The notes under the pieces were generated by a model that was not told where the DNA came from, ran no database searches, and was given only the letters and a program-made list of their open reading frames with translations. The translations under genes were made by a program, and so were the position numbers. A DNA stretch of 64,000 nucleotides. It comes from a virus. Of the stretch, positions 19,678 through 31,949 are shown in pieces. The stretch spans positions 32,001 to 96,000 of the IMG/VR virus record IMGVR_UViG_3300045988_160113. The stretch is one strand, 5' to 3'. The first letter of the stretch is position 1. Every line of letters begins with the position of its first letter.

Positions 19678-21205
19678 ACTGGGACCTCCGCACGTTCTTC
19701 TTTGATTACTGCGGTTCCATCATCATTGACATCTAGAATTTGGACAATACGATGTCCCGGAGTATTTTTATACATCTTAGCAATAAAACTATCGTCTTGA
19801 CGAATACCAGTAATAATAAGTTTGTTGCCACGAGAAAACATACTTTTTTCAATAACTTTCTTTTTACCAGTAGTGGGGTCTTTCATAGAAATTTGTCGGT
19901 CATATTCACTAAATACACCATAAATTTTTACTGTAACTACTCCACTTTTTGTTAAAAGTTCTACTGTTTTCTTTTGTTTATTTTTATCAAGAACAGTACC
20001 GGCAATCTTGACTAATTTAAACATTGGGATAGTTTTTCCTTCGCGTGTAGTAAAAACTCGTTCAATTTCTGGCTCTGGTCCAAGACTTTGAAAATCAACA
20101 ATGCCATAATAACGGTCTTTTAGTTTGGCAAGTTCATGTTCATGAGAATAGAAACTAACGCTATCCATTTCCCATTTACTAATTGAACCTTTACAATATT
20201 TATCCCAAACTTCTTGAACAAGTTGTTCATTCAAAGTATCAAGTAACGTTTCATTATTTTTTTTGATATAAGAACGAACATTATCCATATATTTCTGATA
20301 AATATTATCCCATGTTTTTTGTCCAATTATCGCAGTCGCGCCATCGGAGGAATAATTGAGCAAATCGGTATCAAAATGAGATTGATAAAATTCAAGAGGA
20401 TAATCAATCAATTTGAAATTTGTTTCATCTTTACAATATTTTTTCAAATATTTATTGAAATTATATACCTTGATTTCAAATTCAAATTCACGTGGAATAA
20501 GATTATGGTTTATTAGCATTTGCATATTTTGAAGAGTAATACGTTTTTTCTTATCTGCAATACTATCAACATACTCAGACATAACAGTTACACGGTCTTC
20601 ACAAATCGAATCAAATGCGCCACTTTTGATAAGATTTACTACTTGAGGTTTAGTTAGTTTGTTCTTAGAGAGAAAGTCTGATAAATCAGAATAAGGACGA
20701 TTAGCCATAATTTGTTTTACAAGGTCTTCACCAATACGAGTAATACCACTAAGGCCATAGCGGATAGTATTAGTCTCAACATCAGGAGAAAAAGTATAAG
20801 TTGAGCGATTGATATCCGGTGGTGTAATATCTACACCCTCTTGACGAATTTTACCAATGGCCGTTGCTATTTTACCATAATTGGTTGTTTTGGCTTTCTT
20901 TTTCTTTTTCCCATTTTTTAAGACTTTTACTTCTACTGGATAACCATCACAATCTTCATCTTCGTCATAAGAATCTTCTACATCAGATTCATCATCTTCT
21001 GTAAAATCTTCCATTTCATTATAATACTCTTCATCCAGACAATTATAAACATTATCATCTTCCTCAGTTTCTTCAACTTCGTTACCACCTGCATCATTTA
21101 TAAGACAAGCACAATTCCAAAAAATGATAGGATAATTGTGAGCAAGATTCATTTCTTGCAAGGCAACAAGACTATAAGCCAAGGTATGTGCACGGCAAAA
21201 GCTAT
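19674..21205 (-). CDS. dnaE: DNA polymerase III alpha (DnaE-type), exon 2
   Basis: The frame is open upstream of the listed TTG. It reads …(Y)SFCRAHTLAYSLVALQEMNLAHNYP…, matching the conserved GYGFNKSHAAAY region, followed by HhH and OB-fold-like C-terminal parts. Confidence 0.8.
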
Positions 21206-22286
21206 CACGTTAATCCATTATTTCTAATGGCGTAGACTATATTTTAACCCGTATATAAAATACGTCAATATCTGTTTCGAACCGCGTATCAATAGCGGCC
21301 CTACTCTCGGCTTGACCCGAGATAGTCGTTACAGGCTTGAACGCAATGGATAATGTAATGAATTATCTTTATATGACTCGCCGTTATTTATACGACGGAC
21401 TGTTATAGCAGAAACATTAGTTTTAGCAATGATTTCCTCATTACTTGCGCCATCCAACAACATTTTTTGAATTTCAATGGCTCTTTGTTTTCCAGAAGAT
21501 ACTTTCCTGAGAGGATAATCTGTTTTATCATCTTTCCATAAAGAACCAGAATTTATTTTCTTTATTGTTGAATAACTAATTCCTAATTGTTTTGCTAATT
21601 CTTTCATTGGAATAGAAGAATTTATGAGTAAATCTTTTATATAAAATATTTCATCTTTATCTTTATAATACTTACATAAAGGATACATTTCATTATCTTC
21701 TCGATAATATACCCCATGATTAATGGCACTAATATGTGATATACTTATTCCATATTTTTGTTTTATTTCATCAAAAGATACTTTATTCTTTATAGCAGTT
21801 TTTATTTCTTGGATATTTTCTTCATATAAAGAAGATATTGGAATTTCTTCACCGCCTCTTGTAAGATTATAACCACCTTGATTATCGCCAACAAAAGTTT
21901 TTAGTTGTTCTATCCAAAATTGTTCTGCTTTATTTATATCTTCTGTATCTTCTAATTCTTGTAATATGGAGAATATGAAATTTTCTTCTCCATACTCTCT
22001 TAATTTTCTATGGAATAAATAATTATATTCTTTACTTAGCGGATTATTAGCATTGCTTCTGTGTTCTCTTTTTCTCCGTTCTAAGTTATTGGTCTTACCA
22101 ACATATTTATGACCATTTATTTTATTTGTATAACAGTAAATATAATTCATTTTTTATCCTCCTGATTCATTCCCACGGAATTATCTTTCTTACATATATA
22201 AGTGAAGATTTTCCCGTTAGCCTCTACAAATTTGAGACCCCGATGATGAATCGGAAAAGATATTTGATAGGGCAAGTTTTTCGTTC
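21206..22286 (-). mobile_element. Group I intron (1081 nt) in dnaE with a GIY-YIG endonuclease ORF
   Basis: The predicted 5' splice site lies after U (…AGAGGGU|GAACG…), with P1 pairing to GCCCU 14 nt downstream. The intron ends …AACGUG|AUAGC (omega-G). The core element ATATAGTCT is the complement of 21234-21242. The splice restores QRG-Y-SFCRAH. It is homologous to the intron at 35466-36507. Confidence 0.75.
21329..22150 (-). CDS. GIY-YIG homing endonuclease with C-terminal HTH (NUMOD-like) repeats
   Basis: YIYCYTNKINGHKYVGKTNNLERRKREH…EQFWIEQ…GYN motifs, with repeated SYSTIKKIN / SAITVRRIN HTH-like modules. Confidence 0.8.
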   Translation of the reverse strand: MNYIYCYTNKINGHKYVGKTNNLERRKREHRSNANNPLSKEYNYLFHRKLREYGEENFIFSILQELEDTEDINKAEQFWIEQLKTFVGDNQGGYNLTRGGEEIPISSLYEENIQEIKTAIKNKVSFDEIKQKYGISISHISAINHGVYYREDNEMYPLCKYYKDKDEIFYIKDLLINSSIPMKELAKQLGISYSTIKKINSGSLWKDDKTDYPLRKVSSGKQRAIEIQKMLLDGASNEEIIAKTNVSAITVRRINNGESYKDNSLHYPLRSSL

Positions 22287-24792
22287 ACCCTCTTTGGACT
22301 CTAAGAAGTACGTCCCATACATAATGAACTAATTTCATTTCGCAACCTTTTTCTTCGGCATTTTTGAAATATTCTTGTTCACATTCCTCAAATAACTTAC
22401 CTTGTTTTTTTGCAATTGCTTTACGACATTTATCAGCAAATGAAAGGTCATTACCACCAAGTCTTGGTTCTTGGAGAAGCTGCATTAGTCCTTCTTGTGA
22501 TTCACAAATACCAGAATTAATAGCTGGACTTTTACTTAACCATTCAATTTGCTCTTCCGTTAGTCCATAATCGCGCATTTCATCATACCATTCATTTATA
22601 TTATTACGGTAACGTGCCCACATATCAAGAGGTTGCTCTGCTCCTTTTTCTGGAGCCATAAGACGAATAACAGAGTTAAGAACCGCAAGCTCATCAACTG
22701 AATGTGGTTTCGCAAGAGCAATACCGCTAATGCCTGACTGTTTTTCCATTTGAAATAGAGAAAGAATTTTATGCTTCAAAACCATTTCCCACATATCAGG
22801 ATTAGTTCTGTCAAGTTTATAAAGACCAATAGCATTTTCATAAGTTTCGCGTAATGTTGCTTTTCTCTCTACTAAACCAGCATCACAAAGTAAGTCAAGG
22901 CAGTTATGAATTTTATCCATAGCTTCAACAGAAAGAGCATCAATTTTAATCAAAGATACCTTTTCAGCATCATGTAATTCAAATTGAGTACAAATAGTCC
23001 CATCTGGTGCGCGCATAAGTGCTGTTGAGTTTGTAAAAGGTTCATCAACAAAAATAACACCACCAGCATGAAGACCAGAGCCACAAATAAGCCCTTCAAT
23101 ATTTTGTGCAACCTGCCAGAGTTCTGGATAATTATTCGTCATTTCATTGACAAATTGTTTTATTGGTGGCCAATTATTTTCTTCATCACCATAAAAACAT
23201 TGAGATAAACTTCTCAATTGCCCGCGGTCTGCGGGGATAAGAGAAGCGATATATTGTGCAATATCAACATCAATTCCTAATCCACGCGCGGCAGTAAGAA
23301 TTGCCGACTTTGATTTTTCTGTTCTAAAGGTTGCAACATTTGCTACATAATCTTCACCATAAACTTTACGAAGATGCTGAAGAACTTGTGCACGACGTCC
23401 ACCTTCAATATCTGTATCAATATCAAGAACAGATTCACGTTTTGGATTAAGAAAACGCCAAGGATATGTTTTGGTTGTTTCTCTTAATGTATCCATCTGA
23501 ATAACATCAAGACAATACAACAAAAGAAAACCACCACCAGAACCACGCGCAGGACCAACGATTGTGCCTGCATTCCAAAATTCATCAATATTACGCTGAA
23601 GATTTAGATAGTAAGCACTCCATCTTGCCTTATTTACTTCAGAGGATTCCCAAGTTCTTTGGAGATTATCTTCCAAATCTTCGAATGCTTCTTCATTTTG
23701 TAAATCTGGATGAAGTTTGATACCATCAAGAATTGCATCAACAAGATAACGGTCACTTTTATATTTTGAATTGTAAAATTTTTCAAGAGTTGGCATCAAC
23801 TTGAATGCTTCTTGATAATCATAAGTTTCTCCAAGTAAAGGACGCCAAAGTAACTCTGGAATACGAAGAGGACGACGTAAACTAAATTCTTCACATTTAT
23901 CAATAATTTCATTGATTGAATTATAAGCATTATCAAGTTCTTTTCTTGAAAGTGATAAATGATTTTCTAGTTCTTCTGTTCCCATCATATAAGTAGTCAT
24001 ATAAAAGGCATCTACTTCACGGTCACCATCCTGAGCATTAAGATAAGCTTTATGAATTAAACGGTCTTCCTTTTTAAGATAATGACTATCAGTTGTGATG
24101 ATATATTTAAAGCCTTGCTCTTTTGCAAAGTTAATTAAAAGTCTGTTTGCTAAAGTTTGTTCATTTGTTGCACTTGGCTGTAATTCTATATAAAAATTAT
24201 CTTTACCAAAAATATTACCTATTTGAGTTGCCCAATTTACAATTTTATTATATAATTCAATATTTTTAGTTTGCTCGTATTTTAATAATTGCTTTGGTAA
24301 ACAACCACCTAAACAAGCGCTTGAAGCAATAACATGGCCTGGATTAGCTCCAATAATATCAATAAGGTCTTGATAATAAGTAGGAACACGTCTCATTCCT
24401 CGTCCCATATAAGAACGCTTCCAAGCACGAGTAGAAATTTCCATAAGTTGTTTTGCGCCTTCGCGGTCACGTGCTAGAAGAATAAAATGGTAATAGCTAT
24501 CAAAATCTTTGTTAAAATTTTCTGCGTTTAGTCCATTTCTACAAAGATAAATCTCATTACCACGAATGACTTTGAAGTCTGGATGTGTCTTATGAATTTT
24601 ATCAGCATATTCTTCAACTTTTACCCAAGATGAAATGCATTCATGGTCAGTAATTGCTACTGCACGATGGCCAAGTTGAATAGCATAATCAATTAGATTA
24701 TTTTCTTTAATGATACAATCACGGAGACGAATATTTGAGTATTGTGTATGATTATGAAGACTACCTGGGTATGTTAAGTTTTGAGTATTCAA
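22287..24792 (-). CDS. dnaE: DNA polymerase III alpha (DnaE-type), exon 1 (PHP and polymerase core)
   Basis: PHP N-terminus (SLHNHTQYSNIRLRD…AVAITDHE) and polymerase palm/fingers similarity. It uses a TTG start at 24792 and ends at the predicted 5' splice site. Confidence 0.85.
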
Positions 24793-24821
24793 AGATTAGC
24801 CCCCTTTTATTTTCTATAATA

Positions 24822-24850
24822 ATTATAGCACAAAATCATCAAAAAGTCAA
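24822..24850 (-). promoter_or_regulatory. Sigma-70/SigA-type promoter upstream of dnaE
   Basis: Minus strand TTGACT (24850-24845), 17 nt spacer, TATAAT (24827-24822). Confidence 0.6.
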
Positions 24851-24858
24851 ATTACTTA

Positions 24859-26586
24859 TTAAAATCCATAAGTATCATCTAATACTTCATAATCTTCAAT
24901 AAAAATTTGTGGAGTTAGATTACCCATCCATTCATTAACATTTGGTTTACCAATAACATTTAATTTTATCTGTTCATATTTTTCTAAGTCTTCAATCAAT
25001 TCTTTTGCATGAAATTTCATATAAGCAATTCCATTTTTAGTGATTTTTACAGTATTTTTATCTTTTCCTAGAATTTGAACATCTTGTTTAGTAATATTTA
25101 AATCACCAATATAAATTAATGGCTCTTGATTACCTTGACCCCAAACATTTTCATATCTGTGTAAATCAAAAATAATATCTTTAATATCTGATTCTGCGGC
25201 ATAACGAACAAAATTTACATCGTAAACACCTTCACCAAAATCAATATTTTCTAACTCTTCATCTGTATACTCCAGAAAATCTTGTAATTTTGATTCCTTC
25301 AAACATAAACCATGAGCACCTTCATGGCCAAGTGCCCATTCAAAATAACCCGTATCCAAAAAGAAGGTTTTCAAATTAGGAATTTTCGAATTAGCAACAT
25401 TTCGAGCACTTCCTTTTATTTCACCCTGTTTATTACAACGAGCTACAATAGTTGGCTTTTTATATTTAGCCGCGCATTTCATGGCAACTAATCCATTTAG
25501 TTCTGATGGAAAATTATCTTCATCTGTTAGCTCAATAAATAATATCTTATGACTAAGTAAATCATTCTCAATAATTTTTTGGTCAATTTGAGCAGTAATT
25601 TGGTCAAGTAGTCTTCCTTGGCGCGCCTTAGCATTAGTACATTCTCTTATACTTTCTAAAGATGCAAACTCTTCCGTTCCTGCGGCTCCGCGCTTATGAC
25701 TTGGAATCATTTTTCTACCATCAACAAATGCCCAAAATAAACGTTCTTTTTCTTCTTGGGTTCCAACTCGAATCATTGCATTAATGAGAGGGACTATATA
25801 GAAAGCGACTGTCATTGGATTTACTTTACCATTCATTGAATATGCTTGACGGTCAATAATATCAAGAAAAAATTTATTGCGAATATTAGATAGACCTTTT
25901 GTAACGATATATCTATTTTCTAATTCTTTCATATCCATCATATCACCTATTTCTGCGAGTGCAGCGAGGTCGAGATAATTATTAGCATAGTAATATCCAT
26001 ACTTACAATCATAATAGTTTAGAAATTGATAAACCATTCCTCCGCCGCAAAGGTCTTTATTTTTATAGTCGCGCGAAGCCTGATTGTTTATAATTACACA
26101 ATATTTAGATACTTCTGTTTCAAGAATATGATGGTCAATAACTAGTGTTTTTATTCCATTTTCACCAAGTCGTTCGATGTATTCAAAATCATTGCTACCA
26201 GCATCGGCAATAAGACAGAGTCCATAATTTGTTTCAGAGTCAAGAATTTCGTCAATCTTATCAGATAGGCCATGTTGTTTACCACTGTGAAAAAGGACAT
26301 CTATGTGCGCCTCCGGTGAAATTTGTTTGATGTATTGATAAAGCATACTACATGAACAGTATCCATCGGTATCGCAATCAGTAATTGTAATAATATTTAC
26401 TTTTGCTTCTTCTACTGCCCAATGAAGTAGACTTACTGCTTCATTTATATTGTCTAAATCAGAAGAATCTTGGAGACAAAAACTATCTGGTTGAAGGAAA
26501 TGTTCAATATTTGTCACTCCTCGCGCGCGAAGTAAATTTTCTCCATAGTCCTTTCTAAAATTTTCATTTACTAAATTATAATTCAT
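24859..26586 (-). CDS. RecJ-like DHH-family single-strand DNA exonuclease
   Basis: DHH motifs ITDCDTDG, IADAGSND, VIDHH and a DHHA1-like GHEGAHG. Confidence 0.7.
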   Translation of the reverse strand: MNYNLVNENFRKDYGENLLRARGVTNIEHFLQPDSFCLQDSSDLDNINEAVSLLHWAVEEAKVNIITITDCDTDGYCSCSMLYQYIKQISPEAHIDVLFHSGKQHGLSDKIDEILDSETNYGLCLIADAGSNDFEYIERLGENGIKTLVIDHHILETEVSKYCVIINNQASRDYKNKDLCGGGMVYQFLNYYDCKYGYYYANNYLDLAALAEIGDMMDMKELENRYIVTKGLSNIRNKFFLDIIDRQAYSMNGKVNPMTVAFYIVPLINAMIRVGTQEEKERLFWAFVDGRKMIPSHKRGAAGTEEFASLESIRECTNAKARQGRLLDQITAQIDQKIIENDLLSHKILFIELTDEDNFPSELNGLVAMKCAAKYKKPTIVARCNKQGEIKGSARNVANSKIPNLKTFFLDTGYFEWALGHEGAHGLCLKESKLQDFLEYTDEELENIDFGEGVYDVNFVRYAAESDIKDIIFDLHRYENVWGQGNQEPLIYIGDLNITKQDVQILGKDKNTVKITKNGIAYMKFHAKELIEDLEKYEQIKLNVIGKPNVNEWMGNLTPQIFIEDYEVLDDTYGF

Positions 26587-27650
26587 TAGGTTACTATCAC
26601 TCTCTTTTTAAATAATTCTTCAAATACTTCCTTTCCTCTATCAACTGGGCTATCTTTTAAACCTAATAGTCCTTCTCTATCATATATAAAAGAGAAATTA
26701 TAGTATTGTTTATATTTGTTACAAATAGAATATAATTTATTAAAATACTCCTCACCCTTACTAGATGCTGGAAAATCATATTCTTTATCAAAAGCTATAA
26801 TTACTTCTGCAGCTTTAGTATATTTCAATAAAAGGTCAAGTTGAGTTTTGTGTAAATTGCTACCACAAACAGCAACACAATTATTATTACGATAAAAATC
26901 GTTATATTTAAGACAAGATTTTTCTCCTTCAACCACAATAACTCGTTTCGTTTTATCTATTGCTTCACGTGCAAGATTAAGACCATATAAGTTTAGGCCA
27001 AGAGGATGAGAATACCATTTATTCTCAAGTTTTATAGGCATATACTTACCAAATTCTTCTATTTCTTCTTTGTTAAGTGCGCGACCGCGTATTCCAACAA
27101 GTTCTCCATTTATATCATAATGGGGAATGATAATTTTATTTTGTGATATTGAATATTTTATATCGTATTTAGCCATAGATTCTTCACTGATACCTTCGAG
27201 TAACCACTCGGTAGGTAAATCATCAGAAAAAATAGAGAGAATGTTTTTTGGATAAGTAGGAAGTTGGATATTTTTATTTTTACGCACATATTTTTCTTTT
27301 TGAGATTTATATTTAGGAGTATTGAACCTTGATAATGTAGAAACATTAGTTAGATTAGATAAAAGACAATATACATCTTTATACCAATCATAAGGAATAT
27401 TGCGAGTTTCATAGTAGTGTTTGAGAAAATTGAATGGAGATAATGTCCCATCCTCGCTATAACATACAAATAAATGGCTATCATAGTAATAATATAATTT
27501 CATACTTCCATCTTCTACATTATGACAAATGGTATTGGTAATAAGATATGAATCTTTTTTTATTACTTCTTGTGCGCCAAGTTTATAAAGCAATGATTCC
27601 ACAAGTTCTGGAGTTAGAGCATCTGTTATTTCTTGATAAAGTAAACTCAT
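26586..27650 (-). CDS. DnaG-like DNA primase (Toprim)
   Basis: N-terminal Cys/His-containing region, Toprim VIVVEGEKS and IIAFDKEYD motifs. It is translationally coupled to the DnaB-like helicase. Confidence 0.6.
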   Translation of the reverse strand: MSLLYQEITDALTPELVESLLYKLGAQEVIKKDSYLITNTICHNVEDGSMKLYYYYDSHLFVCYSEDGTLSPFNFLKHYYETRNIPYDWYKDVYCLLSNLTNVSTLSRFNTPKYKSQKEKYVRKNKNIQLPTYPKNILSIFSDDLPTEWLLEGISEESMAKYDIKYSISQNKIIIPHYDINGELVGIRGRALNKEEIEEFGKYMPIKLENKWYSHPLGLNLYGLNLAREAIDKTKRVIVVEGEKSCLKYNDFYRNNNCVAVCGSNLHKTQLDLLLKYTKAAEVIIAFDKEYDFPASSKGEEYFNKLYSICNKYKQYYNFSFIYDREGLLGLKDSPVDRGKEVFEELFKKRVIVT

Positions 27651-29377
27651 AACAGTCCTCCAAATAATTCGCCGTTTTTATTATTTTCTTCTACTACTTT
27701 TTCCCAATAATAAGGAGATTGTTTATCCATTTCTTCTTCACTGTCTTCTATTTCTGTGCTTTCATCATGCGCACTGTCCAAATTACTGTCTTGCTGTATG
27801 CTAAAAGTTTGCTCTGCGCGCGGAGGGATAGAATGGCTAGAATTTAGATGACGAACAAAATCATCATATTGACCGTAATTATCATCAAAATTGACTTCCA
27901 TAATAGGAACTTCAATTTCTTTGATATTTGAATCTGTAACAAATACATCACTCCTACGACAAGTTCCTAGATCAACATTAGACCAAATTTTTAGATTAGT
28001 CCATTTACCTCGACGAACTTTATAGACATCATAGACTTGAGTAGGCATACCATACTTTGCTACATAAGGAGCAATTTGGTCTCGTTGGTCATCTGGAACT
28101 AAACCACCAATCATTGCGATATCTGCTTTATCAACAATACTTTTAGAACCTCTTATTGAGTTTTGATTCTTGATACCTTTTTCATTTGTATCTTGACTAC
28201 TATTTAACTGAGTTGCACTCATCATAAAAACATCTTGTTCTACTGCTAAATCTTTTAAAGCTGTAGAAAGCATAAGTAAAGCAACATCTTCACGAATTTT
28301 CAAATCTCTAAATTCATTTAGCAATGCTGGATTAGAAAAAATATAGTCAAAAAATACATTTTTAATATCGTTTATAATACAATTCTGTCTGACTACTGAT
28401 TTTACAATTTCTACTGATGGCATTGGAATTTGAACAATCATTAAATTATTTTTATATTTTTTAATCACTTCTTTTGCTTCTTCAATAATTGTTTGTTGTT
28501 CTTTGGTAAAATGTCCATAAAGAATAACATCTTCATTAATGCCAGTTAAATAAGCAACAATCATAGTTTGAATTTCTTCTTTAGTTTGCTCAGTAGCAAT
28601 AAATAAAGTTTTTTCAGAATTTCCTGTTATTTTCCATTCCATAGTTTCCCAACTATATCTCATTGGAAAAGCAAGATAACAAGCTTCACCAAGTAATAGC
28701 CTTGTCTTGCCTCCTCCACTTGGGAAGCTAACAATATAATATTTTCCCTTTCGCGCGCCACGAGTAACTGTATTGAAATACTTACCTTGAAATCGCGCTC
28801 CCGCATCAGGAGAATTTTTCAATTTTTCTAATAGTTCATCAATACCAACAGAAACGTCAGTAGTAATTGACGCATCTCCTTCAACATATTCTCCCTCAAC
28901 CTTATAAATTCTTCTCTTTAGTCCATCAAAAATATCTTTTGGTTTCAAAGTCTCGAATTTCTGATTGATTTCAAATTGTTTTGGATTTAATTCATTTTCT
29001 TCATAGAATTCCGAAATATCAAAACCACTTTTTTTCAAATCTTTCAAGCAATTGAATTTCTTTATTCTATTATAATAATACTCAAAATTCTCCGGTGTGC
29101 TCATGTCAAGAGCATCTTGTAAATAGCTAATACCATTATTTTGTTGGAACAATAAATATTGGTCTTTATGCTCCATCAAATAATTATCTATATCAATCTC
29201 ACTCAAGGTTTGAGCGCCATTGTTATAAGAATTTAGTATTGCTATAAAAATATATCTTTCAAATCTACTCTCAAAATCATTTGGTTGTAGATTATATTTA
29301 TCCTTTTCACTCAATAAACTTGGCTTCTTCATAAGTGAGCCAATGACTTGTAAAACTGCATTTTTATCAGAGAGCAA
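27647..29377 (-). CDS. DnaB-like replicative helicase
   Basis: DnaB N-terminal-like region and a RecA-like core with Walker A (SFPSGGGKTRLL). Confidence 0.75.
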   Translation of the reverse strand: MLSDKNAVLQVIGSLMKKPSLLSEKDKYNLQPNDFESRFERYIFIAILNSYNNGAQTLSEIDIDNYLMEHKDQYLLFQQNNGISYLQDALDMSTPENFEYYYNRIKKFNCLKDLKKSGFDISEFYEENELNPKQFEINQKFETLKPKDIFDGLKRRIYKVEGEYVEGDASITTDVSVGIDELLEKLKNSPDAGARFQGKYFNTVTRGARKGKYYIVSFPSGGGKTRLLLGEACYLAFPMRYSWETMEWKITGNSEKTLFIATEQTKEEIQTMIVAYLTGINEDVILYGHFTKEQQTIIEEAKEVIKKYKNNLMIVQIPMPSVEIVKSVVRQNCIINDIKNVFFDYIFSNPALLNEFRDLKIREDVALLMLSTALKDLAVEQDVFMMSATQLNSSQDTNEKGIKNQNSIRGSKSIVDKADIAMIGGLVPDDQRDQIAPYVAKYGMPTQVYDVYKVRRGKWTNLKIWSNVDLGTCRRSDVFVTDSNIKEIEVPIMEVNFDDNYGQYDDFVRHLNSSHSIPPRAEQTFSIQQDSNLDSAHDESTEIEDSEEEMDKQSPYYWEKVVEENNKNGELFGGLL

Positions 29378-29382
29378 TTATT

Positions 29383-29976
29383 TCACCACTCTTCAATATT
29401 ATAAATTTCCTTTTTTCTTTCTTTCTCCATACGAGGAACGATAAGCATAGTTTCTTTTGGTTTTTCTTTACTAATAGAAGCTTCTATTTCTTTCTGCTTT
29501 TTATCAAGCATCTCATAATATTTCATTGCATTATCATAAATAAAAGGAAGAATACCTATGCCACCCTTAGATTTAGAATAATCTCCATGTTGAACTTCAT
29601 AGAAATATTTGAAAGCCTTATACATATTTTGTAAAGTCCAGCCCTCATTTTCATGCTTATTTAACATTTTAGTAAGTTGGTCTTTTACTTTTTGAAAATC
29701 CATTTCTTTATGAAATTTTTCTTTGATATATCTATACATAGCATCAGCACAAAGATGGATTTGTTCTTCGCGCGCAGAAGCGTCTTTTAGAGGAGATTTT
29801 GCCATAACTTTATTACGGTCTTTTTTCTCTTCATAACATTTTACATGATAATACCATTTTTTTGGATACTGTACATAATCATATCCATCAATGCCACCTT
29901 TAGGGATAAGTTTGCCACACCAGCGACATTTCCAATAACCATTTTTATAATTTTTATTATCTAATTTCTCTGTCAT
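29383..29976 (-). CDS. Hypothetical protein with N-terminal zinc-ribbon (197 aa)
   Basis: WKCRWCGK…HVKC motif. It sits upstream of the helicase, so a loader or accessory role is possible but unsupported. Confidence 0.5.
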   Translation of the reverse strand: MTEKLDNKNYKNGYWKCRWCGKLIPKGGIDGYDYVQYPKKWYYHVKCYEEKKDRNKVMAKSPLKDASAREEQIHLCADAMYRYIKEKFHKEMDFQKVKDQLTKMLNKHENEGWTLQNMYKAFKYFYEVQHGDYSKSKGGIGILPFIYDNAMKYYEMLDKKQKEIEASISKEKPKETMLIVPRMEKERKKEIYNIEEW

Positions 29977-30035
29977 AAGAACACCTTTCCATATAGACCA
30001 AATGGGTGAGAGATTACTCCCTCACCCTAATTATA

Positions 30036-31004
30036 TCAAAGCTCTTTCATTCCAGAGATAACAAGCTCAAATAGGTCTTGCTGAGAAGAAGTAATTTCAG
30101 AAAGCTTAATGGGACGGTCAAAAATCTTTTCGGCAATTGCCATAATTCTTGCCGCATTATTTGGGTCTTTATCAATTAACTCCTTCCAAAGTTTCTCTGC
30201 TTCTGCTCGAACTTCTTCAAAAGAACGAACAGGCTCTTCAACTTTTTTGTCATTGTTATCTACTACAGTGGCTCCATGTTTTGCTTCCTCTTCAATAGCA
30301 TTAGCAAGTGCTTCAGTAAGTTCCTGATATCCAAATGGGATACGTGCAGGAAGATACTTGAATCGGCTACCTGCCTGTACCGAAGGCGTAGAACGAGTAT
30401 ATAGATAACGATGAGCTTCACCATTTTCATCAAACTGAATACCAATATAACCAATAATATCAACTAATTGGTTAATAATGGCCGCACCACGTTTAGGAAG
30501 AGCTGGACCAATAATAGTTACATCTTCACCCTTATCATTTTTAATAACTTTTTCCTCGCTATGGGCAATAATAATCAAACCATAACCCATAAGAGTAATC
30601 TGACGAAGAGCATCTTCAAATTCACGCTTACAAGCAGTAAAACCTTGACCCCAAGGGATATCATTGATTTTACTTACATTGTTCTGTGTGCAAATAAATT
30701 TTTCACAAAGTTCCCATGCAATGCCAACTGTATCAATGGTAACCGTGTGATACATTTCTTTGGCCTTAACACTTGCTAACTGCTTTAGAACAGTTTTGAA
30801 TTCAGACCATTTAGTAATATCTTGAGCATGGATACCTGCAATACCATTATAACCTCTCTCAAAAGCAAGAAGAAGATTATTAGGAGCCTGAGCAGCAAAA
30901 GAAGTCTTTCCTGCCTTTGGCTGGCTATATAAGCAGATATACTTTCCTCTAAGGTCACGGCTGATAGTAGTAGGCGCAATATTTAAAATATCAATTACTG
31001 CCAT
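30036..31004 (-). CDS. Sak4-like / AAA_24-type RecA-fold ATPase (recombination-associated)
   Basis: Walker A SQPKAGKTSF and a hydrophobic strand plus DT (TVTIDTVG). Size and its position next to an SSB-like gene also fit. Confidence 0.55.
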   Translation of the reverse strand: MAVIDILNIAPTTISRDLRGKYICLYSQPKAGKTSFAAQAPNNLLLAFERGYNGIAGIHAQDITKWSEFKTVLKQLASVKAKEMYHTVTIDTVGIAWELCEKFICTQNNVSKINDIPWGQGFTACKREFEDALRQITLMGYGLIIIAHSEEKVIKNDKGEDVTIIGPALPKRGAAIINQLVDIIGYIGIQFDENGEAHRYLYTRSTPSVQAGSRFKYLPARIPFGYQELTEALANAIEEEAKHGATVVDNNDKKVEEPVRSFEEVRAEAEKLWKELIDKDPNNAARIMAIAEKIFDRPIKLSEITSSQQDLFELVISGMKEL

Positions 31005-31019
31005 TACTACTTACCTCCC

Positions 31020-31895
31020 TTAGAAGCCAAAATCAGGCTTGGAAGGAGCACTAACTACGGGCTTCTTAGTCTCCTCAATACGCACTTTACGTGCAGCAAG
31101 AGCAGACTGGATATCTTTGATATCATATGCAGCATCGCCCTCAAGGCAACCAGCAGAACCAGATTCAATAATTAGTTCATGAACTGAAACCGTTTTAGCA
31201 GTCTTAATAGGTTCACCAAAACCAACCTCTTCTACAGTATACTCAGTTTTAGAAGAGAAATTTACCTTACCCTGAATACGAACGGTATCACCATCGTTCC
31301 AATACTGTTCAATATGATTCTTAGCATTCTCACTAGCAACAATAAACTTCACCAGGTCTGCGCGGCCACCATACTGAATAAGCACACCATTAACACAAAG
31401 ACGACCAGTGGGAGTACCTTCCTTATCAATTTCATCAGCCTTATTACCCACAACAATAGTAGAAGTAAAAGTAGCCTCTGGCTTACACTCATTCTTAGGA
31501 ATCTTATTGATAAAACTTGCCTCAATACGAGAAGTATCGACTAGGTCACCGTTCTTAGCATAGAAGACATTTTCCTTTAAAGCACCGCTGGTAATACGCA
31601 CACGGTCTGCCTCATCAATATTACCACAAGCTGCAATAGACTTAAAGTTCTCCATAACATCTTTGACAGAGTTATAAGCTGGATTTTCAGTACCAGCATT
31701 GGTGTAACGGGTTACGAAAGTGCTAATAGGAACTTCCATTTCAGTCATTGTACCATTAACTTCCTGATCAACACGAATTTTAATAGTACCACGAATACAT
31801 TCCTTAGTCTGACCATTCTTGGTAATTGTTGCGTTATTTAGGTCTACCTCTGAGAGAATACCACAAATTGTAACTTTGTTCTCACTAATATTCAT
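31020..31895 (-). CDS. Putative ssDNA-binding protein (OB-fold-like)
   Basis: The call rests on position between the Sak4-like gene and an early promoter region, and on a beta-rich sequence. No firm motif was seen. Confidence 0.3.
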   Translation of the reverse strand: MNISENKVTICGILSEVDLNNATITKNGQTKECIRGTIKIRVDQEVNGTMTEMEVPISTFVTRYTNAGTENPAYNSVKDVMENFKSIAACGNIDEADRVRITSGALKENVFYAKNGDLVDTSRIEASFINKIPKNECKPEATFTSTIVVGNKADEIDKEGTPTGRLCVNGVLIQYGGRADLVKFIVASENAKNHIEQYWNDGDTVRIQGKVNFSSKTEYTVEEVGFGEPIKTAKTVSVHELIIESGSAGCLEGDAAYDIKDIQSALAARKVRIEETKKPVVSAPSKPDFGF

Positions 31896-31949
31896 ATAAA
31901 ATTTACCTCTTAATAATTTATTTTATTCATTTTATTCATTCATTTCAAA